Below, in pieces: positions 13,201 to 25,524 of a DNA stretch of 64,000 bases. A program made the translations under genes and the position numbers. Within the stretch, counting starts at the first letter, position 1, and every line of letters begins with the position of its first letter. The stretch is from Torpedo marmorata (Eukaryota), in contig OZ360246.1 in the NCBI GenBank assembly GCA_977017645.1, positions 15,686,001 to 15,750,000 of the forward strand, given 5' to 3'. The notes below the pieces were generated by a model. It searched no databases and was not told the DNA's origin. It saw only the letters and a list, made by a program, of their open reading frames with translations.

Positions 13201-15077
13201 TGGTGATGTGTAGATTATTTTAACATTTTATGCAAGGGTAAAAGTTAAAAAATATTCTACTTCATGATAATTAATATAATTTCAACATTGATTTAAAGTT
13301 ATTTTTGGATTGAAAATAATTTTTGAAGAACTGAAACTGTAAAATTGATTCAAACTCGTTTAATGAACAATTTGTCCTACTGTGGATAAGAAATTGTGGT
13401 TCTCAGCAAAAGCGGTGAGTTTAAATGGTAGAAGTTTTACCGTATAAATATGCTGGTGACGATGAGTTCTGGTTAATTCTTTATATGTGGATGAATATTA
13501 CTAAACTTTCAGTAATGTTCAGTCTCCCTGTTTTTTTTTAATTATTGGTTTTCACATGTATGACCTGTGAAATTGCCAGTGTTAAATATCTTGTGATTCA
13601 ACTTTCAATCTTCCAACCAGTGACATTTCAGAGGTGTAAAATGTCCCTTTTTTTGCATCTTATTCTGTGACAAACTCCTTGATAAGGTGTTATGCAAATT
13701 GGACTCTGGGAAACTCTTTCATTCTTAGCTGATTCTGGCGTCCCTTGAGTTGAGGTTTGAAGGTGATGTAGATGTGGCCCTATCAGGGGATCTGATAGGG
13801 TAGAATTAAAGTACCTATTTGCTGTGGCGGTGCTGATGACGCTGTTCAGAACACAGTGTGCCCTGGAAAGCCCAATCCCAATTTCAAGGAATGAAAGGAG
13901 GAAGCAACTTTTTAACACAAAGGATCATGGAAATGCTGGCTGGGCCATGTCAAATGTTGAACAGGTGATCAAATAGATTATTGTTAGCTAAGGGTATCAA
14001 GGATTGTGGAATAATGCCAGGTAAATGGAGGTTGTCTAAATTCTAATCGTTTGCTGAGAATACTCAAGGGGCTGAATGGCCTCATTCTGTTGCTATATTC
14101 CGATGTCTCTCGTCTTGTTGAGCAATTGCGTTCACAAGGTCATACAGCAAGAGGAAAACTTGCAGTGTTATCAAAGAGAACGTCCCATTTTCTAATCTAA
14201 ATACAGGGACCCAAGTGCCTTCATCCTGACTCAACCCCTCTGTTGCCTTTCCAAGGAGAGAATTCGCAGAACTGAAAAACAAAACCTGCGCTCAAATTGT
14301 TTGCCAGTGCTGTTTATTGTTGCAGAATTAATTTAAATAACAAGCTGACACACTGGGGATTGATACTGCCGTGCAATAAACACAGTGGAGCTAAAATTCC
14401 ATGGCTTGCCCACTCGAACTCCAATGGGAGACTGGGAGATCTCCAGGGAGAAGGTGGAAAGACCATGTTTGAAGCAGGAGATCAATGGGAACCATGCAGA
14501 GTTTCAACCTCTGGATACTTCTGGCGAGGAAAATGTCTGGGTATTCAGAAGGTATCAGAGTACACACAGCAAGTTCCTGCAGACAGTGATTGCAATAAAT
14601 AGCCAGTGTTCTATGTGATCGAGGGATAATTGTTGGTCAAGTTGAAGATGACAGGCTAATTTTTTAGGCGCTGTAATCCTCCAGAAGTTAGACTTCTCCC
14701 TAGCCAGGAATTCTGAAGCCAATTAAAGTGCCTTCAACATTCACTCCATGCATGCTGGCTGGAATTTGTTAACCCTGCACAAATCTGGGGTCAAGTCTGA
14801 GTATTCCCGCAATATGCAGTGTCCTTGGTGAAGCCTTTTTGTAAACGTATCATTGCAAACGTCGTGTCAACTGTCCATCAGCTCTCACCCTGGTTCCTAT
14901 CCGTAATGCATTTTCAAACCAGTTTAATTTTTCTGACTGGGCGTTTGCATGCTTTTAATGGTTTTTGATTTGTGTTCAAAAACCTTTGAGACAACACCAT
15001 GAAGATCAAAACACATCACTGTGCAACAAAAACATCAATCCAGTTCTGGATTTTAATCATTAAATTAACCAAATAAA

Positions 15078-15562
15078 GTGTGTGCAAATTTAAGTTCTTG
15101 GGAGTCACTATCTCAGAGGATCTTCCCTGGACCCAACACACTAATGGCATCGTTAAAGCACGTCAGCACCTCTGGTTCCTCAGGAGTTTGCGGAGGTTTG
15201 GTATGACATCGGAAACCCTGGCAAATTTCTACAGATGTTTGTTGGAAAGTGTGCTGACCGGCTGCATCATGGTCTGGTATAGGGACACCAATATCCCTGA
15301 GGGTAAAGCCCTGCAAAAGGTAGTGGACACAGCCCAGGACATCACAGAAAAAAACCCTCCCCACCATCGAGAACATCTACAGGGAACACTGCCGTCGGAG
15401 AGCAGCAGCAATGATCAAGGATCCACACCACCCAGCACACGCTCTGTTCTCGCTGCTACCATCAGGAAAGAGGTATAGGTGCCACAAGACTCGCACCACC
15501 AGGTTCAGGGACAGCTGCTACCCCTCCACCATCAGAAATTCTCAACAACAAACTCAATCAGG
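15078..15562 (+). mobile_element. Rex/Babar LINE fragment (frameshifted)
   Basis: KFKFLGVTISEDLPW...GCIMVWY...PSGKRYR split across two frames. Confidence 0.88.
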
Positions 15563-16574
15563 AATGCCAGGAAATTATACTTATTTTTTCAAAGGGGCTT
15601 GGCGTTTTTAGACCAGCTGAGTTCCTGAATTAACCGGGATCTGCTTCATTATTTTACTGGCTGCATTGTAATAAACACAGTGCCTATCAATGGCGCTGTT
15701 CTTCCTTGTGATTTTTAAAACTTTGTCCAGATACGAACATGTCATCGCATCAAAGATGACATCAGTGTATAAGCTTCTTGTTTACAGGCATTATAGTGTC
15801 TTGCAGGGCTAACTCCAAATGACAGTGGCGCTTTTAAGCTTGAGTAAGTCAGCTTTTCATTCGTGAAAACTGTGGATTGAACTTTAACTCCGGCAAAATA
15901 ATTCTACAGAGGAATTAAGAATGTTTCAATGTTAATGGAATACTGGGTGTCTGAGAAATCCCGGAGAGGATTATGAGGACTGGATGTGGCAGAGAAAGAG
16001 GGGAGCAATTCAGATAAGAGGAGGGAGAACCCAATGTTGCTTGAAAAGCCGGCATTTTGTCTTATTTTCATCTTGTAAACATGGGACAGTTACTTCTGCT
16101 GAGTAGTTTTTCCTCTAACTCTGAGCCTCGGGTTGGAGAAAGAAAAAGGGTGAGCCACTAACCTTGCAATGTACGGGTCACTGACTGTGCTAGAGTCCCT
16201 TGGTTGTTCCTCCGCACTATAATAATAGCCTTTATCCTGGGTCAGATTTAGCTCGGCGCACTCATACAACAAATCCTTTCATCTGAAAGCATTTTTAGAA
16301 ATGCCACTTACAAAGCAACTCTAAGACAGTGCCTGCCAATGAACTGCTGTCGTGTGGAAATGTAGTGCTCTGGTCTTCTGGGTTTTTAGCTGATGGGACT
16401 TGTTCTGATGAGGTGCTGCTCAAGTGGAGTACTGAGATACGATAAGTGTTTTAATTGTCTGGTGCACAGAGCCCTTTGTTTTCCTGCTTTTCCAGAGCCA
16501 AAGAACAATCCCATCTCAGAGAAATGTGATTGGTTAGTTATCAATTTACCGGTAATTCATTAATAGCAAAGACC

Positions 16575-16860
16575 AGGGGACAATCGGTTTAAGGTGAGTG
16601 GAGGAAAGCTTAGGGGAGATGTCAGAGGTAAGGTTTGTACTCCGAGAGTGGTGGGTGCCTGGAATGCATTGCTGGGGATGGTGGTGGAGGCTGGTTCAAT
16701 AGGGACATTCAAAAGTCTCTTCGATAGGCACATGGATGCAGGGAAAACAGAGTTTATGGGTGTGAGGTAGGGAAAATTAGTTTGTTGTGGAGTTGGTTTC
16801 CATAGGTCAGCACAACATTGTGGGCTGAAGGGCCTGTACTGTGCTGTAATGTTCTATGTT
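16575..16860 (+). mobile_element. CR1/HER1-like LINE 3' end
   Basis: tttaaggtgagtggaggaaag...gggctgaagggcctgtactgtgctgtaatgttctatgtt; a similar copy lies at 57590-57852. Confidence 0.8.
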
Positions 16861-17467
16861 AAAGAGTAAGACTCTGAAGAATGTTCAGTGTATTATATGT
16901 TTGCTTGCCAAATAGCAATGATGCAGTTTGTTCTAAAGTACCTTTGTAAGATTTATTAGTGACCAAAGTTTCCTCACAAGCTGACTTGTCTGTAATAAAG
17001 ACGATGCTTCATTGATTTCAACATTATTCTTTTATTTCAGTGGGAGTTGTTCTGAACACGGATTGCTATGCTAGAGAGTTGATTGGCCATTTGTGATTAC
17101 TGAATATCCTGAACAGCTTCCCAGTGGGATAGGAGTATGTGTGTGATACCAATCCAAAATTTCCGAACGTTCCGAACTTGGCTGTTTTCATTGAAACCAG
17201 CTGTAATCTGCTCACATATCTTCGGAAATGTAGGTGCATTTTTAAAATTTAATCCCCAAAATATTGCCAGCTGAAATCAGAGTTCAGACGCACTCAACTT
17301 AGCATTCAGTTGAACATTTGATGTTTGCTTGAACTGAGTTGCAGTCTCTCTACCTGAAATTCTTCGGGCCTTGCATGAGTTTGTCATTGTGTGGAAACTT
17401 TGTCCCTCCCACGGCTCTTGATCTGGGAGGGCGTGGGACCTGGCCTTTGGCAGCTCATCTTGTGCAT

Positions 17468-19262
17468 TCAGAATCAGAATTTATTGTCATGAACAAGTCA
17501 TGAAATTCGGTGTTTTGCGGCAGCGTCATAGTGTAAACATTCATATTATAACCATCTTACGACATTACTATAAAAATATATATATAAATAATAGTGCACT
17601 AAAAGTAAGGCAGTGTCTTTGGTTCATTGATTATTCAGGAATCTGATGGCAGCGGGGAAGAAGCTGTCCTTGTGCCGTTGAGTGCTCGTCTTTAGGCTCC
17701 TGTACCTTTTTCCTGATGGTAGCAGAGTGAAGAGGGCATGGCCTGGGTGGTGGGGGTCTTTGAGGATAGAGGCTGCTTTTTTAAGACACCGCCTCATGTA
17801 GATGTCCTCGATGGAGTGAAGTCTGGTGCCTGTGATGTCACAGGCCGAGTTAACAACCCTCTGGAGTTTATTCTTGTCCTGAGAGTTGGCGCCTCCATAC
17901 CAGGCAGTGATGCAACCAGCCAGAATGCTCTCCACGGTACACCTGTAGAAGTTTACGAGAGTCTTCGGTGACATACCGAATCTCCGCAGTCACCTCACAA
18001 AATATAGCCGCTGGCGAGCCTTCTTTGTGATTGCATCAACGTGGAGGCTCCAGGACAGATCCTCGGAGATGTTGACTCCCAGGAATTTGATGTTCTTGAC
18101 CCTCTCCACTACTGAGCCCTCGATGAGGACTGGGTCGTGTTCCCCTGACTTCCTCCTGAAGTCCACAATCATCTCCTTGGTTTTTCTGACGTTGAGCGCA
18201 AGGTTGTTGTCGTTACACCATTCAACGAGCTGATCTATCTCCCTCCTGTACGCTTCCTCATTGCCGTTTGTGATTCTGCCGACAACTGTGGTGTCATCGG
18301 CAAACTTGTAGATGGCATTGGAATTGTGCCTGGCCACACAGTCATGAGTGTATAACGAGCAGAGCAGTGGGCTAAGGACGCATCCTTGGGGTGCTCCTGT
18401 GTTGATAATCAGTGAGGAGGAGACGTTGTTTCCAATTTGAACTGACTGTGGTCTTCCGATGAGAAAGTCAAGGATTCAGTTGTAGAGGGGGATACAGAGG
18501 CCTAGTGTTTGTAGCTTCTTGACCAGCTCTGAGGGAATAATGGTATTGAAGGCCGAGCTGTAGTCGATGAAGAGCAGCCGTATGTATGAATTGCTGTTTT
18601 CGAGGTGATCCAGAGCTGAGTGGAGAGCCAGCGATATTGCATCTGCTGTGGAGAAATTGTGACGATAGGCGAATTGTAGTGGGTCCAGATCTTTGCTTAG
18701 GTATGTGTTAATTCTGGCCATGACCAGCCTCTCAAAGTATTTCATCACAGTAGAAGTTCGTCGTTGAGGCAGCTCACACTACTCTTCTTGGGTACCGGGA
18801 TGATTGATGCTCTTTTGGAGCAGGTGGGAACCTCTGACTGCCGCAATGAGAGGTTGAAAATATCCGTGAACACTCCAGCTAGTTGGTTGGCGCAGATTTT
18901 CAGTACCCTGCCAGGTACACCGTCGGGGCCTGACGCCTTGCGAGGGTTCACCCTCTTGAATGATGTTCTGACGTCGCCCTCAGAGACAGATATCACAGGG
19001 TCCTCAGCCTTTTCAGGGATTCTAGTAGGCACTGTTTTGTTCTTCTTCTCAAAGCGGGCATAGAAGGTGTTCAGCTCATCGGGCAGTGAAGCATCACAGC
19101 CGTCTATAGTGTTCGCCCTCGCTTTGTAGGCTGTAATGGCCTGCACTCCCTGTCATAGCTGGCGTGTATCTGTCTCTGTCTAGCTTCCTCCAGAATTGCC
19201 ACTTCGCTTCAGAGATGGCCTTCCGCAGGTCGTGCCTGCTTCCCTCCAGTTGCTTCCACCCA
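17468..19262 (-). mobile_element. Rex/Babar LINE, 5'-truncated, RT broken into several ORFs
   Basis: RT motifs [32 protein letters not shown] and KFLG in ORFs 18745-19146, 18476-18748, 17990-18337 and 17624-17974; (ATTCTG)n tail. Confidence 0.92.
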
Positions 19263-20775
19263 ATGGTGCCTAAAAGCACCCAGAGGTGCCTGTAAGCACC
19301 CAGCACTGTCTGGGCTGCTCTTGCTGGGTTTCAAAGCACTCAAAGGTTTCTCCAGGAGCAGTGAGCGTACCACAGGATCAGCCGCAGAGTGTAAATGTGA
19401 GAGCTGCAGCAAAATCTGGCATTGTCGCTGGGTTGAGACCAACAATCTTGAGAAAGGTTCATGTTTAGCACATAGAGCACATTAGAGGCCCTTCAGCCCA
19501 CAATGTTGTACCGACCTATAAATCCTATCAAGACAATTTGAGGGTTTTAATTTTTTTTAATAAAAGCCCACAATGAGAAGGCGGCTGAATAAAAGTGATC
19601 GTTGATAGAAAACCCCATCTTCATTCCTCTCCTGTGGGAACGGAAAGTTCTTGCCAGGGCTGACTGACACTTGCTCCTCTCTCTCGTGGTTCCTTTGACC
19701 TCCACTCCCAGCGAGTCTATCGAACCGCCACTTTCTCAGGACATTTGGTAATGATAAAGGTTCAATGAACAAACCACAAGCTTTGCCTTATAATGCACGA
19801 TATCTACTTTGTGTCCTATACTTATTAATGTGTTGAGCACCCCCTGAATCTTAATACTTCCAATAAAATTTGTTTTTGTTCCATTATGACTCACTAACGT
19901 TTAATTGTTGGACGAGGATAGAATTCCAGATAAATTCTATTAATCTTGACCTGAATTATTTTCAAAATAACTTCAGAAATGCTGCCCTGGCACTCGAGGG
20001 GTTAATGGTGTGTAGAACGCAAGAATTTTGGCCCACTGTGTCTTGGTCACACATGAGGCCGTGTTCCAGCAGTTTTTCCAGCATTCACTGTGAGCCTGAA
20101 ATTGATGTCTTGTCCGAACAAAATGTTCTGTGTGCTGACAGAGAAATAACAGGCTCCCTTTGGCATTGTCACCTGTTGTGGTTTTAGTGTTGGGACCCCC
20201 AACTGAGAGGTTTTCAGAAACGGAGGGGCATTTGCCAAATACCTAACTGGTGCTATCATCGCTGCTGTTCCAGACACAGTCCTGTTGTTGATCAAATCTT
20301 TGCAGGCTGGGGGCTCTGCAATGCATCAGGATAATTTACATACCATGTCTTGCAATTCACATGGTAGACAAAGCAATATTTGGCAATTGACCCAGTGCAT
20401 ATTGCAGCTGCAGGCTGTGAAATCGGTGACAAGTTGACTTTTCAGAGGGGAAACAAGTCAAGTGCATTTGCACTGTCGTGCTGCTTCGAAGGAGTGGAGC
20501 GTCCTCTCCCACTTCCCGTTCACCAACCCTCCCACTTCCATCTTTATTCCAGTCTATTTGACCAGATTGCACTTTTCGGAAACTGGCAAACAGATGGATT
20601 TTACGTTTACTGCACTTTGTTACAAATTGTACAGCGGGGATTGTTGCTCCATCCGCAATTCCTTGGCTTATTTGCAGTGATTCCTGAGCCTTGCTTTTTG
20701 TATCAAGGAACAATACAAAAGTCAACAAAATATTCCTTTTGTGAAAACCTGTTAAAAGGCCCAGAATTAGTTGCA

Positions 20776-20877
20776 CGGTTAGCACACAAGGGTGAACCCC
20801 CCCCCCCCCACGGTTAGCACACAAGGGTGAACCCCCCCCCCCCACGGTTAGCACACAAGGGTGAACCCCCCCCCCTC
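20776..20877. repeat. Minisatellite, 3 copies of ~33 bp (cacggttagcacacaagggtgaa + Cn)
   Basis: Identical core repeated three times with C-tracts of variable length. Confidence 0.9.
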
Positions 20878-21104
20878 TATTTCTGAGGCAAGGCTCAAGG
20901 GACCATTTCCGCTAGACTCGTCTCACCACCCAGGCTCTCTGGGTTGCACGCGTCTAGCGGTGCGTAGAACAGCGAGTGGGCCTCAGGCAATCTTTACCCA
21001 GAACACCCTCTGGCAAAGCTGGGAGCAGAGCTTCGCCCACTGTAGACATTTAAAATCACAGTAATCAAAAACAAAAATTAAAATAAGCAAAATGAATGAA
21101 GGAC

Positions 21105-21270
21105 ACTGTCTGTAAGGAGTTTGTACGTTCTCCCCGTGTCTGCATGGGTTTCCTCTGGGTGCTCCGGTTTCCTCTCACCTTTCAAAAGTGTACCAGGGTT
21201 GTAGGTTAATTGGGGTATTTGGGCGGCACAGGCTCGTGGGCGGAAGGGCCTGTATGTCTAAATTTAAAAT
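21105..21270 (+). mobile_element. V-SINE (HE1-like), 5'-truncated
   Basis: V-domain gtttgtacgttctccccgtgtctgcatgggtttcctctgggtgctccggtttcc plus CR1-like tail. Confidence 0.8.
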
Positions 21271-21544
21271 ATAAAAATACACATTGAAACACTGAGAAAT
21301 TAAAAGCTTTTTTTAAAATTTGTTTTTAATTTATCTTTTTGCTCTTAATCTGCAGACCTGGAATCTCCATTCAGAAGAATGGGACCTTTGTTCCCATTGG
21401 CATAGAATCAGGGAGGTGGACTCCTCAGTGGAATGCTGGGAGTTGCAATGAGGCAGATGTGCAGTCTGGGGCTCCCCGTGGAGTCTAGGGTCCCTGCAGC
21501 AGGATCACATGGGTCTGGGAGTGGCTGGACATCAGCGATGGCCT

Positions 21545-21760
21545 GAAACACAAAAGTCTGCAGTCGCTGTGATTGTAGTAAAAACCCAGAAATTCTGGAG
21601 AAACTCAGCCGGTCTCGCAGCGTCCACAGGAGGCTCCTGAGTCAGTGTAGCAAATGCTGATGAAAGATCGTAGACTTGACACACTCACTCTCTATCTATG
21701 TCCAAGAATACCATCTAATCTGCTGAGTGTTTCCAGCATTTTCTGCTTTTATTTCACAAT
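21545..21760. mobile_element. Two Penelope pLTR-derived fragments in opposite orientation
   Basis: aaagtctgcagtcgctgtgattgtag... followed by an older, opposite-strand ...ctgctgagtgtttccagcattttctg. Confidence 0.55.
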
Positions 21761-22634
21761 GACTGCGTTTTACTTTTGTGTGGACTGTACTTCTGTTGAG
21801 TTTCTGTTAACCCAGTTACGGCTATGCATGTTTACTACTGGATGTCACTGGCACAAATCCCAGGGATATTTCCAAGAGTTGCTAAGCCCCCCCCCCCCAC
21901 CATCTCTTCCAGCCTAAATCAGAAGCCTATAATCTATTTGAGGGCCGCGAACTGCGGATGTTGGAAACACGTGGAAGCTGGGAGGGACTCTGCGGTCAAG
22001 CATCATCCATGGAGAGAAGTCGACAGTCAGCATTTCAGGGAAGGCCACTGACCCAAAACCTAGACTGTCCATTTCTCTCCACGGAGCTTCCTGACCTGCT
22101 GAGTCCCTCCAGCTTCTCATTTTTGCTCTCATTCTACTTACCGAGTGGACCATAGGGCAAGTCCTTCACTCACCATTAACAATTTGACTCGTTGTATCAA
22201 AGGCCATTCACATTTTGAGCACATTGCTTGTGTTTAAGGCAAAGCCAGCATTTATTGCCTACCCCCAGTTGCCTTTGAAGGTAATGGTGGACCACCTTCT
22301 GAGCCATCTTTCTTATGAAGGTGCTCCCACGGTGCTGTTGGGAAGGGAGATTATGGAATTCAACCCATCGGCAACGAAGGAACATCAATATATTTGGAAA
22401 GACGCAGCTTAGAGAGGACCCTGCAGGTCGTCTCCCCATGTTCCTTCTGCACTCATCTTTCTTGGGTTTGGAGATCATGGGTTTGCTTTCAGAGCGGCCC
22501 AGTTGAGTAATTGACAGAGCAGTTTGTAGATAGCACACACAGCAGCCGGGGTTCATTGGTGGTAAAGGACATGAGTGTTTAGGGTGGTGCACAGGGTACT
22601 GATTAAGCAGGGTGGTGTCAATCTTCTCGGGCAT

Positions 22635-22830
22635 CTTCGAATCCGGTGCTGTCCGTAAGGAGTTTGTACGTTCTCCCCGTGTCTGCGTGGGTTTTCTTCA
22701 GGTACACCGGTTTCCTTCCACTCTTCAAAATGTACTGGCGGTATTTGGGGTCAATTGGGGTATTTGGGCAGCACGGGCTCGTGGGCTGGAAGGGCCTGTT
22801 ACCATGCTGTATGTCTAAATTTAAAAAAAT
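22635..22830 (+). mobile_element. V-SINE (HE1-like)
   Basis: B-box remnant ttcgaatcc, V-domain, and tail gggcctgttaccatgctgtatgtctaaattt. Confidence 0.82.
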
Positions 22831-23363
22831 AATCATCTGTTCTAATATGATAATGATTATTGACTGGCACCATCACAGCAGATTTTCATCAATTTATTCT
22901 TATTGACTCTTAAACCACCTACTTGGCAGGCATCACTTTTGAAAGTCATCCTCTCCAATTTGGTCACACATTCATCCATAGATTTAGAGCAGCCATTCTC
23001 AACCATTTTTTTGGCTATGGCCCCCTTAGGACTCTGCTCAAAGTTTATGGGCCCCCTTCCCTGTGAAGCAGTCAAGTTTAGTTGTTTTTTTGCACCTTCT
23101 CTGCTTCTGACTACATAACAAATATTTTATATGATCTGTCTGTGATTGGCCCCCTTTAAGTGTGCTGTGGCCCACAGTGGGGACCGTTGAGAATAGCTGA
23201 TTTAGATCTTGCAAAAGTTTCAGTCATCGTCCTCAAAGGGCCTTCGTGAAAAATAGGGTCTAACCCAGTTATCAGTGTTCTTGACCAAATTGTTTTTTTT
23301 CCTGTTAAAGTGTCTTTGCATTGTACAAAATCTGAACTTTGGTGTTTTTTTTGCCTTGTGTAG

Positions 23364-23492
23364 GTCCCCTTTGACCAAACAGTGTTTAAAAAGTTCAAGA
23401 AAGACGAGACGACATCAGAACATGTGACTACAAGCGAGAAGGAGAGGCAGCCAGAGTGGTGGAGGTCCTTCTCTTCTCCTTCTGGCACTAAG
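23364..23492 (+). CDS. SKI: SKI proto-oncogene, coding exon 2 (VPFDQTVFKKFKKDETTSEHVTTSEKERQPEWWRSFSSPSGTK)
   Basis: Pyrimidine tract ending tgtag at 23363, donor AG|gtacgt at 23493; 129 nt, phase 0/0. Resembles human SKI exon 2 (..SEKDKPSSWLRTL..K) and joins in frame to the next exon. Confidence 0.85.
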
Positions 23493-23593
23493 GTACGTCA
23501 CTCCAATCGTAACCAAATAACTTCTGTAGAAGAGAGGGGGTGGGGGGGGGGAAGAATAGTCACTCATGTTTTGCCCTTTAAAATGTGAAATTT

Positions 23594-23830
23594 GGGTGGC
23601 ACAGTTAGCGCAATGCTGTTATAGCGCCAGCGATCGGGACCTGGGTTCGAATCCCGCACTGTCTGTAAGCAGTTTATACGTTCTCCCCGTGTCTGCGTGG
23701 ATTTTCCCCGGGGGGCTCCGGTTTCCTCCCACCATTCAAAACGTACTGGGGGTTGTAGATTAATTGGGTGTAATTGGGCGGCACGGGCTCGTGGGCCGAA
23801 AGGGCCTGATAGCATGCTGTATGTATGTAT
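23594..23830 (+). mobile_element. V-SINE (HE1-like), near full length
   Basis: tRNA-like head with B box ggttcgaatccc (23644-23655), V-domain and CR1-like tail. Confidence 0.85.
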
Positions 23831-24601
23831 GTGAGTGGATTTTGCTTGTATAACAAAAAACAGATTTAGCATCGGGGCCGACATGAAGTCTGTAACATGG
23901 ACTGATGTTTAGCGGAATTAAAGGAGGATTTGGCAGCTGACTAGTTGACACACATGGTCAATCTGAGAGGAAAGCATGTGGCAACAGTTTGAGGAAAGGG
24001 GAGGTTCTTAAAAGAGGAAACGCTGTGGAGTAAGTTTTATTTTAGTAAGTGGATGAGGTTCCGTTAACTTGTTGACATGTGTGTATTCTAGACTTCCATT
24101 GATCAAATTCCATCAAAAACTGCTTTCTCTCTACAGTAAGGAAATGCTCCTGCCTTGTGGGCTCCCAAAACAAATACTCCATCTAATCTAATCTAATCCA
24201 GGTTTCCACACGGACTAAGAGCCCAGATCATTTTGTTCTCGGCAGAGAGTTGGCTAATTTCTGCCATGGCATTGCCAATTGCAGGACAGCTGCCATTTAC
24301 ACTTCTTGAACAGGGAGATTAAAACGTGTCCAAGATTCTGGTCACTGCTGGTGAAGGGGTGTTTATTTGTGTTTACACGTGGGGAAGTGTGGTTGCACCA
24401 GCCTTTTGTATTTGGCTGGAGTGTCGGGCATGGTCACGAGGAATGGCATGAAGGCTTCCCAATCGTGTCATCGTAGAAACATGAAGACGCAGAGAGAGAG
24501 AGAGTGGGAAAGCTCAGAAGGGAATTAAGTCGGAAAAGAGTTAATGCAGAATGGTTATTGTGTGGAGTGAAGCAAAAAAAAAAATGTTTTTCTTTGTCTA
24601 G

Positions 24602-24726
24602 AATGTTCTAAGTAGCAGTTGTGTACATTCTCAGCAAAGACTCTCCGCCTTCAGACCCTGGTCACCAGCCACTTCAACGATTGAAAAAGAATCCCTGGCT
24701 CACCTTCCTGCACTGTCCCGAGACAG
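24602..24726 (+). CDS. SKI: SKI coding exon 3 ([42 protein letters not shown])
   Basis: Acceptor tttgtctag at 24601, donor AG|gtacgg; 125 nt, phase 0/2. Contains the Ski-family [10 protein letters not shown] motif. Confidence 0.93.
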
Positions 24727-25255
24727 GTACGGTATCTGATTGTGCTCAAAGGGGAACACAGAGTGCGTAAGAATACCCCAACAAAATTAGAAACCTTTAT
24801 ACGGACGTCAGCAAAATCTTAAACGGGTTATTGTAAATAGTGAAGAAGTGAAGTATCTTCTGTGGGGAGATTGGAAGTGAAGTTCCTGCGGACTCCCTCC
24901 ATGAGGGAAGGGGCAGTCGTCCCGTTAGGGGCTAGCTTCTGTATCGTTTGACCACATCATCACTCTGAGCCGTAGACCCTGAGAAAGCTTCTTAATGCCA
25001 CCATGTGCACTTTCTTTTGTGGTTTTTAATTTTCTCTTGACTCGACGCAATTATTCCGTGCTTTCCTGTCCAGCATCTGTGTGCACCCTTCGTAGATGAA
25101 CTCATTTCAGTCTTTTGCAGCTTTAAGGTTGGAATTAATTAATTGAACAAGATGTTAGGTGACCAGGTTTATATTGGGGATGGTAAGATTTCAGTGCATT
25201 TTGAGGGCGGATACACGCTCTGTGAGTTCTGAATAGTCCTGTGCTACTTCCACAG

Positions 25256-25524
25256 TTTCTATGCATACAAAAGCTACGAAAGTTCAGTGGCACCAAACGT
25301 GGCTCTGACACCACTGCCCCAGCAGAGGACTGGACGGCATTCGCCTTTGGCCACCGCAGTCACACAGAGCCTCGGGACTTCAAATGAAGTTAATAGACCT
25401 CGGAAAAGGAGGGTGACTGTAGAATCGGAGCTGGAACAGGAAACAGCTGCTCCCCTTGCTGCCACGTTTCCTTCTGAGGACAAAGATTCAGATGCTGAAG
25501 TGGAAGTTGAGAGCAGAGAAGGAT
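25256..25524 (+). CDS. SKI: SKI coding exon 4 (FYAYKSYESSVAPNVALTP...PRKRRVT...EDKDSDAEVEVESREG)
   Basis: Acceptor ttccacag at 25255, donor gtaagt at 25525; 269 nt, phase 2/1. VAPNVAL, PRKR and EDKDSxAEVEVESRE match SKI. Confidence 0.95.

Noticed and set aside
23594-23660. tRNA-like A/B box sequence as a tRNA gene
   Set aside because: It continues directly into the V-domain and LINE-like tail and recurs many times, so it is a SINE head.
24611-24618. Tandem TAG/CAG as alternative acceptors for exon 3
   Set aside because: Both would shift the reading frame relative to exon 2; only the AG at 24600-24601 keeps SAFRPW in frame.
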